Source of the DNA: Actinomycetes bacterium
Lineage (GTDB): Bacteria > Actinomycetota > Acidimicrobiia > Acidimicrobiales > Aldehydirespiratoraceae
Direction of reading: 5' to 3'
Assembly (NCBI GenBank): GCA_024276495.1
Contig: JAJRXC010000023.1
Location: 3,484 to 67,483 of the forward strand
Length of the DNA stretch: 64,000 nt
The number at the start of each line of letters is the position of its first letter. The stretch's first letter is position 1. Positions 63,881 through 64,000 of this stretch are shown piece after piece. The notes beneath the pieces were generated by a model, which was not told the origin of the DNA, did no database searches, and worked only from the letters and a program-made list of their open reading frames with translations. Position numbers and translations under genes: made by a program.

Positions 63881-64000
63881 CGAATTCTCCCTCTGTTCCT
63901 GACGATGCCGACTATTGCGGATGGATGCCGTATCATCCATAGATGGCAGAGAAACGTGCATTCCGGGAACTCCCTCCTCACGCGAAGGCGGGATACCCAA

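Larger units (their letters stand above)
55167..64000. mobile_element. integrated phage-derived element (head/packaging module only within window; continues past window end)
   Basis: Begins at the tRNA-Pro fragment; visibly lower GC and different codon texture than flanking DNA; HTH/Xis-like, HNH, TerL, portal, MuF, scaffold, MCP and connector genes. Confidence 0.65.

Noticed and set aside
1-64000. CRISPR arrays, rRNA genes, IS/transposase genes, toxin-antitoxin pairs or known defence-system signatures
   Set aside because: I found none by eye. There are no regularly spaced repeat arrays and no transposase or integrase-like ORF within the window. The element's integrase, if any, must lie beyond 64 kb.

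Overview
High-GC chromosomal window that looks actinobacterial: it has mycothione reductase, several F420/LLM oxidoreductases and a garA-gcvH-type neighbourhood. Most of it is ordinary, densely packed metabolism. This includes an acyl-CoA / 2-oxoacid catabolic cluster (0-9.5 kb), glpD, aroC, the glycine cleavage T and H genes, hpt, pgsA-like, maf, dus, trpB2, and a six-gene cobalamin uptake/salvage operon behind a cobalamin riboswitch. Many long ORFs in the supplied track are antisense shadow ORFs typical of high-GC DNA, and I ignored them. Two regions stand out. (1) 9.6-14.7 kb holds a compact RiPP-like cluster. It has two unannotated paralogous 41/43-aa precursor peptides with a lasso-type Y-x-K-P-x-I leader motif, a PqqD/RRE protein, an HPr-kinase-like P-loop protein, an uncharacterised-family nucleotidyltransferase, a membrane-anchor-less S26B (Ser/His) signal-peptidase-like protein and an ABC-2 exporter. 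No lasso cyclase or B2 protease is present anywhere in the window. This is my best candidate for an undescribed system. (2) 55.2-64 kb (running off the window) is an integrated element bounded by a partial tRNA-Pro 3' fragment. It encodes only a phage packaging and head module (HTH/Xis-like, HNH, TerL, portal, MuF, scaffold, HK97-type capsid, connector) with no tail or lysis genes before the att-like boundary. It also carries an opposite-strand gene that fuses zinc ribbons to a ribosomal L7/L12 C-terminal domain. All coordinates, starts and motifs were derived by manual reading. No database search was run.
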